From the human T2T-CHM13v2.0 reference genome, Homo sapiens, in assembly GCF_009914755.1 (NCBI RefSeq), contig NC_060926.1: a DNA stretch of 64,000 nt; one strand, written 5' to 3'. Below are positions 1 through 16,351 of the stretch, piece after piece (position 1 is the first letter of the stretch; the number at the start of each line of letters is the position of its first letter). The position numbers and the translations under genes are program-made. The notes beneath the pieces are model-generated. The model was not told the DNA's origin. It saw only the letters and a program-made list of their open reading frames with translations, and searched no databases.

Positions 1-3000
1 GGGGATAGAGCTTTTACTCAGGGGATTTCTGGTTGGGGGAAGAGGGTCTGCACCACAGTCTCACTCTAAGTGATTATTATCACACCGGTAAGTTTCCACT
101 GTGGCTGCTGCGTGCAGGCTGTGAACACATTTGAAGTCAGCAGGGGACCGTTAGAAACCTCCCCTTTGCTGAGACGGAGCTGTAGAAACTTCTGCTTCAC
201 TGAAGCATACTTGCAACCTGCGGTCAGTCGCTTCTTTTTTCATGCAGTGCTGTTTTAAACTGTCTTCTATCCCACAGAGCAAAAACATACCCAACAAAAA
301 ACAGTACAAACAATCCCCATGAGTGTTTTTGAATTTTCCTCTGCTAATCTCATTGTTAATGGTATGAGGTCTTGCCAGGAGCCATTTGTGGTTTAGACAC
401 ACTAAATAACATAACATTCACACAGTTAAAAACAATTAATATTAAGCATCAAATCAAAGGCTATTTGATGAAAAACATAGGCTAACTGACTTTTCTACCT
501 ATCTTATAGAAACGAATTTCATCTTTTTTACAGGTCTCTGATTGCTAGATGAGGGGGCATATTTAGTAATCTGCAGAAGATATAGGATGCTACACTTTAA
601 TAATGACATAATTGCATAAATTGCACACTAAGTTTGCATATTAGATTATCAGCCAAAGATTATCCTGTGTAAAATAAAAATGCTCTCCATTAGTTAGTGG
701 AAAGTGATTCAAATCAACCTTGCCTTATCTATGGTTGTCCTTAGCTGGCAGTGGATTTAGCAGTACTTAAATCTCTATTTGGTATGAATTGAAAGGATGT
801 TGTCCTTGGTTGACAGCACTGATTTTTCTATCAAAAGGAGTTTAAGTAGAATTACCATGTATAGTAGAAATTTCAGAAGGAATTTAAAAGTCATGCAAAT
901 AAAAAGGATCCCACAACCATTATCTCTAATCTACCCAGGACTAATTAAATTTCTGTTAAAAATACTTTGAAGTTCACATTGTATGCAAAACAGGATATGA
1001 GAAGTTTATGTGGTTACAGGTATTATTTGTCTTCCTAAATCATTAAAAAACTATAAGTTAGAGACAAATCAAATCCCACCATCAACTTATTTTGAAAACA
1101 GTGGTAGGTCATGGTGATGAGGCACATCCAGAAAGTTATTGGCTTTATTTATTTACTTGTCGTTTGTCTTACTAATAAATCATAACATTGTTATAAATCA
1201 TAAGCCTTCAAAAATGATTGAGACTATAAAAAGTAATAATCATGATAATTTTGTTACTTTTACTAGTTTAAAAGACATCAGAACCACTAGTTAAATAAAG
1301 AAATTGCTAGTTTGAAAACAGACTGAATAAAAGCACATATTCTTTCAATTTATATTGGTTATGGATGCTGCCATTGGATTAATTTCATCTTTGGCATTTG
1401 TAATTAAAAACACTGACTTTATTATTTGGAGTACTAAGGTTGATTATGAAGCTTCAGAATTTTAAGATCTCCTTTATGTGATTTGGGGCCAAGTATTTAT
1501 CTTTCTGAGCTTTGTTGATCTCCCTGTGAAAGAGACACAATTATTTCTACCTCATTGGGTTTGCTTTAAGAACAATGAAGAGTACTGGGCAGGAGAGGAA
1601 AATTCTATGCTCCCTTCCCTTCCCAAGGGAAAACAGCTTCCGCTCTTTCTTCTGCCCCCAAGGAGCAGGGACAGTGCTCTGACTGGCCTGGATTTCTCTT
1701 TAATTCATTGTTGATATTCCCTTTTCTTACTCTCCAGGTATTCTTCCTGTTTCTTTCCTACTTTTCCCTGCTGTTCCTCTTGTGTGTCTGGCCTTGTCAG
1801 GTCACTGTGAGCACAGCCTGCCAAATACTTACAAAATAAGAAGACCTGATGCAAGAATAGGAGATGATTCTGACAATCTTAGCAGGCAATTTGTGAATAA
1901 TATAGTATTTAGGTTTTTCTGGTCTGAGGCTCTGCATCTCTGTTGTAGGTGTGTTTGGAGGCAGGGGTAATGAATGCAGAGGGATAAATCTTCTTATGAT
2001 TGGCTGATCCTCATAATTTCTCAATTGGTTTCATTCATACTGTACTTAGGAGTAATTCCTTCAAGTAATTCCTGCTGTTAGCTGATGGAGCTTCTTTAAT
2101 TTCTTTGCTGATGAGAAATTATACTGTTTTGTTTCTATTAGTATTTCATTGGAAAATATTTCACTGGAAAGACAGAGGAGACTGAGTCACATATTGTTAA
2201 CTAACTGCTAGAGTGAACCTAAGGGCTCTAGAATTAAATGGAAAAGTGTTTTTACATAAGTAACATATGTTTATTGAAGAAAATTAGGAGACAGAAATGA
2301 TTCAAAGTCATAAATACATCCTTACCACAAAATTTTATCGTATATTCTTCTGGAATATGTAGTTTATAGAATAATAGATGATATTACCTATTTAAATATT
2401 ATTATATGTAGTATGTTATTTATGTATTATGTTACATTATACAATATAAACACTGTTATAATTTACTTTAAACATTTAGCATAACGTAAACGTTTTTCTA
2501 TGTCAATAAGTGCATTTTAACAACAGCATTTTTAGTTATTATAGGACATTCCAATTTCCTGTTGTTTTGTTTTTCCTAACTTAACATATATTTTTTCAGT
2601 GTATTTGTTATTAACACTGCCATTTGGTTTAGTGATTGTAATTGAAGTTGTAAAGCATAAAAATATTATTTTTAATATTTGAATTCTGTTTATAAGAGCA
2701 TGTCATTTTCACTATCACTACTTAATACTTTGTCCAGGTTTTTTCTTTTTTATTTTTCCTTTTCTTTTTTTTTTTTTTAGTGATATAAACATTTGCTTGT
2801 CCAATTTCAGTAAAGTGTAGGGTTCAGCCATTTGTCACCACGGGTCTGCATGTTTCTCTTTGCTTTTTCAGTTGAACCACTCTGACCTATAGGTTCCTAA
2901 AGTCTGAGAGTTTCTTTTATGTTCAACTTGAAGATCTATCAAAATGAATTGAAATCCTAAAATATACAACAGTGAAAAAAATAAATGTTAATTAAAACTA

Positions 3001-4731
3001 CTTCTTTTCACAACTAATTGCTAAAGTAATATAATTAGATAGAAAGGTATTTTTGCTGGTTCAAGCTTTTATGAATACAAATACATATATTTCTGTCTCA
3101 AATCACTCAAGTTCATGGTTTTGCACTTGGTTTTTAAGATGAAACTCAGTATATTAATTACATGAGAGATATGACAGTGGTACTACTTGTAGTATTTTGA
3201 GATAGCCAAAGAAAGGGCTCTATACCTATGAAAAGTCCAATCTTGATTTATTCTCATTCTGTTCAGTTCACCTCCTTCATAGCTCGCTGAACCACAAGAG
3301 AAAGAATTTTCTGAAATGGTAACTTTGGCTTTTAAGAAATCACTTTGAGTCAAATCATTCATTATTCTGAGACAACATTTGGTCTTATTCTTCAGTCCCA
3401 TTGAGGGACTCAAAATCCAAGTCTATATTACTAGGAATAATTCTGAGTAACTAACCAAAAAATTGGTAGAATAAGTGAGTTCTTTTCTTTTTGGAATAAT
3501 TAGTTGCTTTAAAAAAACTATGTTTCTATTGGAAGGAGGAATGGAAATTGAGGAAATGGTAACAAGTATCATGGTTTTTTTGTGTGTGAGTCATCAATTA
3601 GATTTACTTTTACATAGGGAAGGTAGTACCATTCCCTGTTCTTTTTTCAAATAAAGGAGTTAGAGTGGCCAGAGGGAATAATCCAGGAATATTTGATAAT
3701 GAAAAGTGGGACCCAGCTGGTCCTCTCAGCTCCGTGTTTGTGCAGTTAAGTATGAAAATAGATCATAAACACACAAATGCCTTTTGTTTCTTTAGCTAAT
3801 CTAATTTTATTGGTAAAGAAACCTTTAAATGCATTGTGATTTCTTTCACATGCGGATTAGTATACTCTCATATCTTCATATTCTCTTTTTTAATGGGGGG
3901 AAATAGTGCCTCACTTAAACCATGATGTGAGAGGCTCTGATACAATTAAAACGATCTAAACAGCTGTAGAAACATTTCTGAGCCTTGTTGATGAAGAAGT
4001 AATCTCGTTTGATGGACGTCTTCATTTCTATCTTAATCACAGCATGCAAGATTAGCAATACATGTGTTTCACTCCACTTAATTGCTCAGAACGCATGCAC
4101 AAATGCAGGGCTTTACTTCAATTAATTATTTTGAATTTCAATGAACTTAGGAGAGACCACACTGAAAGTATCTGATAGAGTCCTTAGATAAATGTAATGA
4201 ATGTTAGAGAAACTTTATATAACAGTCTCCTCCAAGTCTTGATTTTCTGCCATCATAGTGAAAGAATCTGAAAATATAAACATGAACATATAAAAATAAA
4301 TCAGATAATTGGATGACCTAATGTGCTGTCTTTAGCTATAGTCATTAACTGAGGGTTCAAAGAATACTGAAAAACTATTAGATTAACTGTGCCGTGGTTA
4401 TAGGAAAAAAGGAAAGGCATATGTTCTTACTCATACATTGATCTACCATTTCTGACCCTCATCATAAATTTATTAGTGACTATTCTGTTATACTTGTCTT
4501 GAAAAACATTCTAGATTTAAGTCAAGATTGTTTTTAAATTTTCATCATATGTGCTAAAACACCATGTTCTAAACACTTCCTAATTACTGCATATGCAAAA
4601 AAGCAATTAGAGTTACTTTATAGTTAGAAACTGGAAATAATACTTTGACTCTGGATTATAGGAAAAGGTTTAAAATTGAGAAATAATATTAGAATATGGA
4701 CTATAAGGAATTAGGCTAAAAAGAGCCTTTT

Positions 4732-4775
4732 GTGAAATAAAAGTGAAATAAAAGTGAAATAAAAGTGAAATAAAA
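4732..4775. repeat. Tandem repeat (GTGAAATAAAA)x4
   Basis: Four perfect 11-bp units read directly. Confidence 0.95.
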
Positions 4776-6763
4776 GGCAGTTTAAGCCTCAGTTTTGTTT
4801 ATCAGAGACCAAGGTTGGTGACTTGTTCAGAATACCATGGAGAGAAGACAGCAGGCTGTCGTGGATGCTGGAGTTCACGAGAAAGGTACCTTGTAGAAAC
4901 ATGACACCCCAAATCAGCATAATTATGTGAAAGTCAAAATTTATTAGAAAGAATTGTTTCTGGGAAAAAAAGAAAAAATGACTGGGAAGGCAACAGAAAA
5001 TGTGTATAAAATTAGGCAGAGAAATCTGTTTAAAAAGTACAGAAAAATCATAACAGAGAAAATAGTTTTTTGGCTGGGGCAATTGTTAATTTACTGTAAC
5101 AACTGAAGTTGAGAATTGTACAAATATAAGTCTAGTAAACATGTATTCCTAACCAGCTGCCCTACATGGGCAGCATTGTAGATGTCTCCATGAGAGAAGA
5201 AAAATTGAAAATATTTTAATCTATTTTATCTTAAAATTTATTCCTATATTGAGGAGAAGTGCTAAGTCTGCCGAATTGGGAGGAACCCACCAAGAGTGCT
5301 ACACAGAAATTAGTATCAATGTACCCCTATCTAAGCAGTAGGCATTTTCATGAGAAATAAATATATAATATAAATAAATTTATTATTACATACCCAGCAG
5401 CAAAGGTTTATTTCTCATGGAGACTTGATTTCTGCACTTTGATAGCTGATATATCCTAACTGCATTTGTCTCATGATTTAATGGTAAAATTTTTTATTTT
5501 CCATTAAGGTCAGGAATTTTAGTTTTGGACAATTTTTTTTTTTTTAAGAATTGCCTTCCTGGTTCCACTTTGACTCCATTACTAAATGAACATTTAAAAA
5601 CTTTCTTTAAAAAAAAGCAAAAAAGAGCAAAACAAAAGAAAAACAGAAAAGCCCCTGCAGATTTCAAAAACTCTACTGAAGAAAAAAAGCAACAATGAAA
5701 GTCCTCTACTGATAACAAAAAGGGAAAACACCAGTTTGCTTGAGGAGCTAAGCTTTAGTATAACACAAGCTTACGAGCCCCTTCTAAAAAAAGTGGTCAA
5801 ATGAAAATGCTTCAGAGATTGCTGGTGTATTCTTGAGAAAAAAACAGTTTGGTTGAAAGAACAGTTGCTTTCTGACTTCTGCTAAAAAGTTGAATTCCAA
5901 CATAGTTGTCAGATGAAACTGTACAATCCAAATCTCCTCTTATTGACAATGGAATCTGGTTTTGGGTAAGTGACTTTATTACTCATCTGTTAGTTATTCT
6001 TTGAACAAAAGCAGTCTTGTTGCTCAACCTAAAATCGGAACAGATAAACGTGTAATACCCTTTGCACTGGGACTTGGGGTGTTGCCAAAGCCATGTTAAG
6101 AATTCAAGACTAAGTGCCATAATATTAAAGGCAGAATATCAAATTCATTCACACTTAAGGTTCATAAGCTGCAAAAATACACAAGTAATTCCTTCTCCTG
6201 AGATAACTCCATTTTAAACTTTTCTATAGTTACCAAACTGGAAAGTTTAGTTTTTCTAAAACCAAGCCATCATGTGCCTTATTGACACAAGGACAGCCAG
6301 AAATAACTCACACTAGAAAAATGGAGATTGTTTCAGAATATTATGAAATGAGACAAAATGGTCATATTTATTACACAGATTAGAATGAACTATCCACATA
6401 AAGAAGAGAAGCAGTTTGTTCCTAGTATGCGTGTTGTCAATAAATGAAAGAAACAGATGTAAACACCAAGTTCTCACATAGGTACAAAACCGAGGTGGAT
6501 TTCTTACTCTACATATTTTGAAATCAGGAACAAGTATGAAGGCTTATTTTTATAACAGAACAATATTAGTTGCCAGGATTTTAGTTTTGATTTAAGAATA
6601 ATTACATATTTTAAAATAGAATAAAAAAGACAAATACTATTAGTTGTTGGCTCTATTTTTATATGACTTTATGTAATAACATTCGGTTAACTTTAACTTT
6701 AACTTAAAAAAAATACTAAGCCTGCAAAATAAGTGAATGTTCAAAGGTAAAACTCTCCTTTGA

Positions 6764-7109
<346 letters not shown>

Positions 7110-10100
7110 CTATTCTTTTTGGACACTTATACTTTAAAATATCGTTATTTTTGTAAGGCTCCTATTTATACATATTGCATAGAATATACAGATATGCATC
7201 AAGACATCGTAAAAAATATATAATTGGAGAAATATTTGTTAGGTGAAAATCAATAGTCATTTAAAAGTGAAACATATATTTATACACACATGTACACACA
7301 CATATATTATATATTTATATACGCTCCCAACAACCCAAGAGAAATTAAAAATAGCATGCATTTTTCATTTGAATTTGTTTTGCCACACTATTTGGTTATT
7401 GAATCTCTAAAAATAGTAGATATTAAAAAAAGTTTATTGAATATTCAAAACTCAATAAACATACTTAAGTTTGACATACTAAAATAGTGCCTAACATTTA
7501 AGAGTGATTTTATTTATTTTCAGATCTCATGGATTAGTGTTTAAAACTGTGTTACTTTTATCTTAAAACCATTGTGCCAATGTAGCTCAGTCTATCTATA
7601 ATTGAAAACATTTTAATTGAAAGATGATCCTTGTTCTTAAACAACATTGACCAGTGGCCTTTCCAACTTATGGAGATCTCCAGAACATAAAGAAAAGAAA
7701 GCTTACTTTAATTAAATAATATAAGTCAGCACAGTACCTTGTCTGCCTTATATGCTTAGCATCTTTCTACAACAGGTAATGATAATTTTCCCCTAATAAC
7801 TGAGGTCAACAGTAGCAAATTCCAGTGCCTCTGCAGCCAGGCATGTAAGTAACCTCTGCAGTTGCTAAGTTGGTGTGGGAATTGAGATGAGAGGTTGGTA
7901 TACTCTGCTTACAGGTATTTAAATTTAGTCTACATTTTTCTCAAACACTGTTCACCAGTGTTTTGCTTTCCTAACATTTTAGGCAGAGGGGCTAAATGAA
8001 AACAACAGTTGTTCTACAGTGACCTCTGTGAAAGATAAGAACAGAATGACTTGGTTAGTTTGTTAATGCAAATTCTCATCCATGCTTGGATATTCTAACT
8101 CTGTAGACCCAGGAACCCATATTTTTAGACACAGACAAGTTTATATTTCTAAGAATCTATTGTTAAAAATATACAAACGATTAAAAAATCAGATACATAC
8201 TTTAAAAATAATCAATCAGAAATGACTGGCAAGTGACTGAAGATGCAGGGTTTGCTGCAATAAGAGGTATCAGATGTGAAGCAATCCTGATGTTTTAATA
8301 TTGGCCAGCTATACACATTCCTATCTATTGTATTTGTTGTATATGGCTTATGGTTTTTTAAGATATAGGTGCAGTAAACAGTAGAGATCAAGAAAAAAAG
8401 TGTTTTGAGTTAAGTAGATTAATACAAATAAATCCTGAATGGTGACTGCTGATTTGTTTCAGTTCTTTTGATGTATTTTCACTTGTTTAAATGAGAGCTC
8501 CTAGAACAGATATTGGTTACAGATACTGGCACTTAACTTAGAAGCACATGTCATTGAATGACCTATGGGAAATAAACTTTTACCATGCTTTTAGAACTGA
8601 TATTAGCAAGCAGTTGTCTAAGCTATATTTTTTCTCTGAATCTGCTAATTTTCATGACAACTATATTTGGTCAAGAAAATATACTATTGAAGTGATGCAA
8701 CACTTCATCACTTTTCCCCCCATCTGACCTGTTTGCCTTGTTGCAACAACATTTTCAGTTTTATACCCGCAGACCATCATCCCATGCGTAGACCCTGATA
8801 TTTGAAGTCAATGTTATTTCAACAACTGCATGGTTCGCGAAGGCTAGGGCGGGACGTGGAGACCCTACAAAACACTGGCTGTATGATGAGGAGAGATTCA
8901 GCAGCAAGTGGAGACCAGGTAGATAGGCAAATCTCAGAATCAAGAGGGTTTTGGCAAGAAACATTAGCCAGAAATCTATGCAGTGTAAGAGTCAAAGGGA
9001 AGAAGGTAGCTATGGACATTGGGGCTTAGAAGAAAATCTGAAGTATTAAGCAAGTGTTAGAAGAATAAGTCTGCATCTTAGTCCTAGAGCAACTACAATC
9101 CTGGATGAGAACCAAAGCAGAAGTATGGGCAGAAAGGCAGAGACCAGAATCCTCGACCAGGAGTGGGGACAAAATATCTGGTCTTAAGTGTCAAGAAGCT
9201 AAGTTTTAGAAGCTGGGTTTAAGGTCAGAATGAGACTTGATTCTGAGCTTACTCCTGGGATTCTTACAATCTTCCTGTCTAGCACCAAAGATCTGTTCCA
9301 ATATCAGATACTAGAAGTCAGAGAATTTAGTTGACCTGTTCAAGATCACAAGCTAATTAGTGCTGGGGACAAAATTAGATTCCAAGTTTTCAATTCTCAC
9401 ACCAGGGCTCATTAGAACATGATCTGAATGAATCAGAAATGCAGATAGATATATTTAATTGTTTTTGATATGTTCATTTGTCACTACTGTTTCATAACTG
9501 CAAAGAGAATTAAAAATTTAGATCAGATTATGGAACAGATAAATTGAAGTAATTCATAGACCTATCTTGTAAAATATATATACATTTGTCTTGCAAAGGC
9601 TCAGAATTGACTGATTTTTCTGATTATTATTTATACATCTCAATGAGTTGAATATAGATGGATTCATTATAGATGGTTAATAATTATGTGATTTTCAGGT
9701 CAGAAAATTCCATTACCAGCAAATTGCTGAATAAGACATAATTTCATATATTCATCTTACTGATAGGTTTTTCTTTTTCTTTCTTTCATTATACAAAGTT
9801 GATATTAAAGAATTCTGGAGATTTTGTGTCTTGGTTTAAACTTTATTGATCTTTTATTGCCTTTATTTACGAAGTCTTTGAATTAAAAGTCTATATGGGA
9901 TAAATTCTTATATTATTTGAAAATCAACCATTATCTAAAGTTATTTATGCTTTATCCAGTCATAATTAAATTTATAATTTTATGTTCTGTTTTTGTCTTA
10001 TAACCTTTAAAGTTAGCATCATAGACCCTTTTTTCATACTGGAAATCGCCAACTGTTGTTTTCATTCTTGAAATTATTGCACTTCAGTCTTGCAGAATTG

Positions 10101-10681
10101 ATATAAAGGAACTAATTTTTTGCATTAATCAAAACATAAAAACCAGTAATATTTCAGGATTGTACAAAATTTATCAGATAGTGGTACCAGCTGATGAACT
10201 GTAGTATTACAGCCCAGCTGCCTTAGATATCTCTGGGTTTTGTTTGTTTTTAAGCAGAATTGATTTTTTAAACTGTTGAATCATTGAGCTTTCTGGCCTT
10301 CATGGGTCCAGGACATTGATATTACAGTTTCATTTTACTACACAGAACCACACTGAAGAATTAAGGTGAACCTTAGACGGAGGTAGAAACTAACCTCTGA
10401 AAATCAAAGTGCTTACAGGAAGCTGCAGGTGTGGGGAGTGGGAGGAGAATGTGCCAAGGCAAGGGGAAGGGAGAGGTTTTTGAGGGAATTTCCGCCACTG
10501 AGAATATGAAGTCAGACAATTCACAGTAATAGGAGTTTTTTTGCTTTTTTTTACAAACCAAAAACAGGGAAGAAAAGAAAAGGTCAAAAATAAATGGCAC
10601 GTCCAGAGACTGGGAAAGAGCTAGAAAGACGACAAAATATTACGTGATGATATCTATTAAATATATCCAAGTTGAAGTCTA

Positions 10682-10850
10682 CACCCTTGCTACTGAAAGT
10701 GTGGCACAAGAACTAGCAACATCAGCACCAGATGGGAACTTGTCAGAAACGCAGACTCCTGGGCCCCAACCTAGAAAGATCAAACCAAGATCTGCATTTT
10801 GACAATAGCCTCCAGGCTGGTAGAATGCACATTCAGATTTGAGAGTAAAG
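10682..10850. mobile_element. MER5A-like hAT DNA transposon relic
   Basis: Typical MER5 text (agcaacatcagcacc..gggaacttgtcagaaacgcagactcctgggcccc..tctgcatttt). Confidence 0.75.
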
Positions 10851-11599
10851 TTTGGGGAACCTTTTTTTTTTTTTTTTAACATCAACATGAATAGAAATAT
10901 ACATTTAAAGTTATCAAAATTACTAGGAAATTTTTATTTAATGTTCAAATTTCACATTTTAAAATGATGAATAAATATTAGAAATCTTATCAAAATCTGT
11001 TTTACTTCTCTCAATTTTCTTCTTATAAAATTATCAAGGTATTTATAAAGCATGTTTAGTTAAAAGCACCCCATTATGTGTTTTATCATATTAAAACATT
11101 TTAATTTTTAATTGATTAAAATGAACTATGAGCCTGCTCTCTAAGTTGAAATTACATTTCTTCCTAAGTTTTGTGGCTGGATGATGCTGTTCTTTTACAA
11201 CATTATTTTAAATAAATGTGTGAATACAAAGCACTGAGCTTGTTTTAAATACTCTACAAACCTGACAATGTTCTTTTTCTTGATCTGGTTACACGAGTGT
11301 GTTCAGTTTGTGTGTTAATTAATCAAGCTCTATGTTCATGATATATATACAATTTTGTGAGTGTATATAAAACATTTTAATTACAATTGTTTTCCAATTC
11401 AATAAATATTTCAACTTAATGAACATTTAATAAATAGTTCAGTAAACATTACCCTGATAAAAGAAACCTATACCAAGACAGCACATCTACTACCCTTAAA
11501 GCAGGTGTTTTGTGAGACTTTATGCATATCCCCAAAGTGCTGATATCGCTGATATTATTTGGGAAATGTCTCATTGGTGGTTTAAGGAGAGTTTCAAAA

Positions 11600-11965
11600 T
11601 AGTCTTTAGTGTGACATCCGTCACCCCCCCGTGCTTACTTTATAGTCCCACACATCTTATTCTATTTTGTTTTGTTTTACTCATCATCCACCTTAACACA
11701 ATTACCCATTAGTCTTGGCTGCAAATGTCATTTAATGCTGTTTAAAAAATTCAAATCCACCATCAAAAACAAAGTTTTCTCATAAAACAGATATTCGAAA
11801 ATGTACTACCAGCATAGAAAGCAGTTCACAAATGTGAGTTCCAAAATATATTTTGGACAAGGGCAGTCAGTATCAGTGAAGTAAATGTCAATTTCCTCAA
11901 GCGTCTGTTTTCAAAAAGTTTACACTCATTTAGACATATGTAATTCTGATATATTTGTTAAAATA
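11600..11965 (+). mobile_element. MARNA-like (Tc1/mariner) DNA transposon relic
   Basis: Degenerate resemblance to the remembered MARNA 3' part (ccaaaa..ttttg..ggcag..acactcatttagacatatgtaattctgatatatttgttaaaa). Confidence 0.5.
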
Positions 11966-12701
11966 TTTATTTTATTGTCTTGAAGATGTATGAAATAGCT
12001 CAAAAAGGAAATTGGCTAAAATCCATATTGTGTAATTTTTTTCTTTAATTTAAGATGAAAACTTGAGTACAGATAGAAACAGGTAAAGTACTTCACTATA
12101 AAAATGATAGAAGGTTCTAGATCAAGTTTTCTATTGGAAATAAAGCCACTATCATGTTTCATCAAATATTAGGACTCAGTGCCAGGGATTTTATTATACA
12201 CAGGGTATGAAATACTTTATAAATCACCATATCTGCTGACATTCAATTACATTCAGTCTTATTAATATGAACTGTAGAATGTTTTTAGGTGTCTACTGGT
12301 AGTAAAACTAGCTTTTTCATTTAAAAAGCTTGGCTTTCCCACATGGCCCAAAAGTTCATATTACACCTTTAAACATCCAAGATTTTAATGCTGATTTTTT
12401 TCAATGTTTCAAACTATAGACTAATTACCTGAGTATCTTAAAGACAAACAGCTGTCCATACGCCTAGGGATGGATTAAAATATGGTAAAAGATCTTGCGC
12501 AAATCTGATAGTGATTTTTCCATGAAAAAATAATCCTTCCACATCTTTTTCTATATAATCTCTATTTATTCCAGCATAGAAAGCAGTTCACAAATGTGAG
12601 TTCCAAAATATATTTTGGACAATGGCAGTATACTGCACAATAATGTATTTTATCAAATAATAAGTGAATCTGGTGCATTTGTATAATAGTTTTGAAATCT
12701 C

Positions 12702-13036
<335 letters not shown>

Positions 13037-13746
13037 GTTTTGAAATCTCTAGGAGAGGAAACAAGTGTCCTTCTTCTTGTAATTCTACAATAATAGGCCC
13101 TGTGCAGAACCAGGCAGAGCTAAGTGATTCAACACATCACCATCCTCACACTTTCAGGTAACGTGGACTCATCTTTTCATTTTGTGTGTTCTCTTTCAAC
13201 TGAAGAATCTTTATGTGCACCCTTTAGATCAGAGGTGTGAAACATTGGGTGTATCTTGAGTCACCTATAAAAACTATAAAACTGTAAGTTCCCATACCTA
13301 TACTCAAGAATTCTGATTTAATGCTCTTTGCTGACACCTAGACATTGTATTATTATTATTAATATCCCTTGCAGTTCTAATATGGAGTTAGGGTTGAGAA
13401 CACACTTAAAATCATGGCTGTTGAGAGCTGAAAAGCCTCTGTTTAATTTTTCATGTGATAGAAAAGAGAAGAGATAATCTTGAGAGATGTGCTTCAGGCT
13501 TACACAAATTTTATGGACATTTATATAAACCACATAATTTCTTGAGATCTATTTACATATGTATATTGTACAATATAGACATGTCCTTATATACTTGGGT
13601 GTCTATCTTATACTCCATATTTACATAGGAATGAATATTTTATTCGAATTTGGTTTAAAATAATATATTCAAAACAAAGTACTTCAAACCTTTAAAATAT
13701 TATCTTAGGTATGCCAACACCTTGAGTAAGAAATACTTACGCATGA

Positions 13747-13760
13747 CCACTAGGCGGTGC
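13747..13760 (+). promoter_or_regulatory. CTCF-like motif
   Basis: CCACTAGGCGGTGC is close to CCASYAGRKGGCRS and is GC-rich within AT-rich DNA. Confidence 0.5.
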
Positions 13761-14842
13761 AAGTGATCCATGGTTGTAAATGGTGTAATTCAGAATTAAC
13801 GTCAAATTGGCAATTATATATACATATATATACTGAAATCATTTGCTATCAGCCAATTTTTTAAAAAGAAATAAATGCTATGATTTATAGTGATAGTAAT
13901 AGAAACTGCTTTCTATGCCATCTAAGCAATTTTTGCATGCCCACAACACAGTAAGGAGTTCTCTTCCTTTGAAAATATTTTTCTCTAGAGAGGTCACTTG
14001 AGTTTTCCAATTGGTTATTTTTACAGTGCAGATTAGTTAAATGGAAAGATTAAATGTTTCCAATGTCTAATTTTAAAACTATGTCTGATGCATAGTTTAT
14101 TTTCTATAAAAAGTTTTATCAGAACAAAAATAACATTTATTGTTCTTATTAGTGTGAATGAGTCTGAACAGATTTAATTCTTCATTTGTTTCCTTACTTA
14201 TAAAACTCAAGTTTAGAATGTGCTCAAGGTTGACAAATATTAAAATGAAATTGTGGTAGCTTTCAGAACTTGAGGAGATACATATTTTACTTAGTTTAGA
14301 TTTTAAATAGTTAATTATTCTCCAAAACTTCCATTTCTTTGTAATGAAAGAGTATTCTAAAATACAAATATGGAAGTCATCTATAGTATTTAATCCAATA
14401 AACATTATGAATATCTTTTATTTTCAGGCAGAAAGTGTTGGGACTTCATGAATAAAGAAGAAATGTCCCTTATTCTCAAGGGACATGCAATTTAGTGAAT
14501 TTAAAAATGTTACAATAGTGCAGATTAGGAGAGTTATCATTCCCTCTCCCCTGCACCCTGTCCCTGGTGTAGTCTTGTTATGCCTCAGGATTAAACACGT
14601 TCCCACGTGGCAAGAGTCAAAGTATCCCTCCTGTTGAACAATAGAATTCCCATGTGGCACGATGAGCTTATATGCCAAGCATGAATTCTGTCTTCCAATA
14701 TTAATACTTAAGCGATATTTTTGACTTTATTGTGAAAGACAACTATGAAGGAAGCAGAGAGAAGCCTACAAACTAAACCAGAAAACTGTTTTTTAGTATT
14801 CTAAAAACCTATTTTTTTTCTTACTCAGGAACAATTTCCTAG

Positions 14843-15213
<371 letters not shown>

Positions 15214-16007
15214 TGCTTTCCTGTTGAAGACCTTCAAAGATCTCTCTGAGATTTCAAAGCCCTCCAGAATGTACTCCTTTTATGGTAACATTTATCTCCA
15301 CTCCACACCTGTCCATTTATTATCATGTACAAATTTATATGCATTTTGATGTATGGGAACCTGGGCTGGATTCACTCATGATTTATGCATCAGGAAGTTA
15401 AAATGGCTTAAAGTCGTCAGAGATGAGGCTGAATATAGTTAATATTTTTTTTTTCCACTCAGAATTTTCTTGCTGTGGATAGACTACTGCAGAGTTAGTT
15501 GCATAAATGTTGATCACTCTGCTGTTTAGACTCAACTTGGGCTCAGGATTCCTGCTGCCTGGTCTTGCCTGCCACCAGCATTTCTGAATCATGTAGGTTA
15601 TATGAACCCTTGACGCCCTGCCTTTTCACTTACTGTTGAGCCTTCTGATCTATGTTCTGACTTCACTAACCTGTTTGTCATCTGGTTTCACTGGGGCCTG
15701 TGGATTCTGATACTTGCTAAACTTTTTGACTTGAATCACTCCCTTGGATGCAGACACTTCCCAGTCCACTCCCATACCTGACCTGTACCTTGATTACCCA
15801 ATCTTGTTGAACTAACGTGACTTCCACAGCGTGTGCATGGCACCGATACCTAACCAGCTTGTTACTGCTTGTCTCTCAGTGTGGCCTCTTCACCTTTCCC
15901 AGGCCATGCTGGGCTCTGCCACAAACACCATGGGGTTATTTTCTTATCTGTGCTCACACCCTGACATTCCTCTTTTCCACTTCATCATCTATCAAAAACA
16001 TAACTCT

Positions 16008-16351
<344 letters not shown>

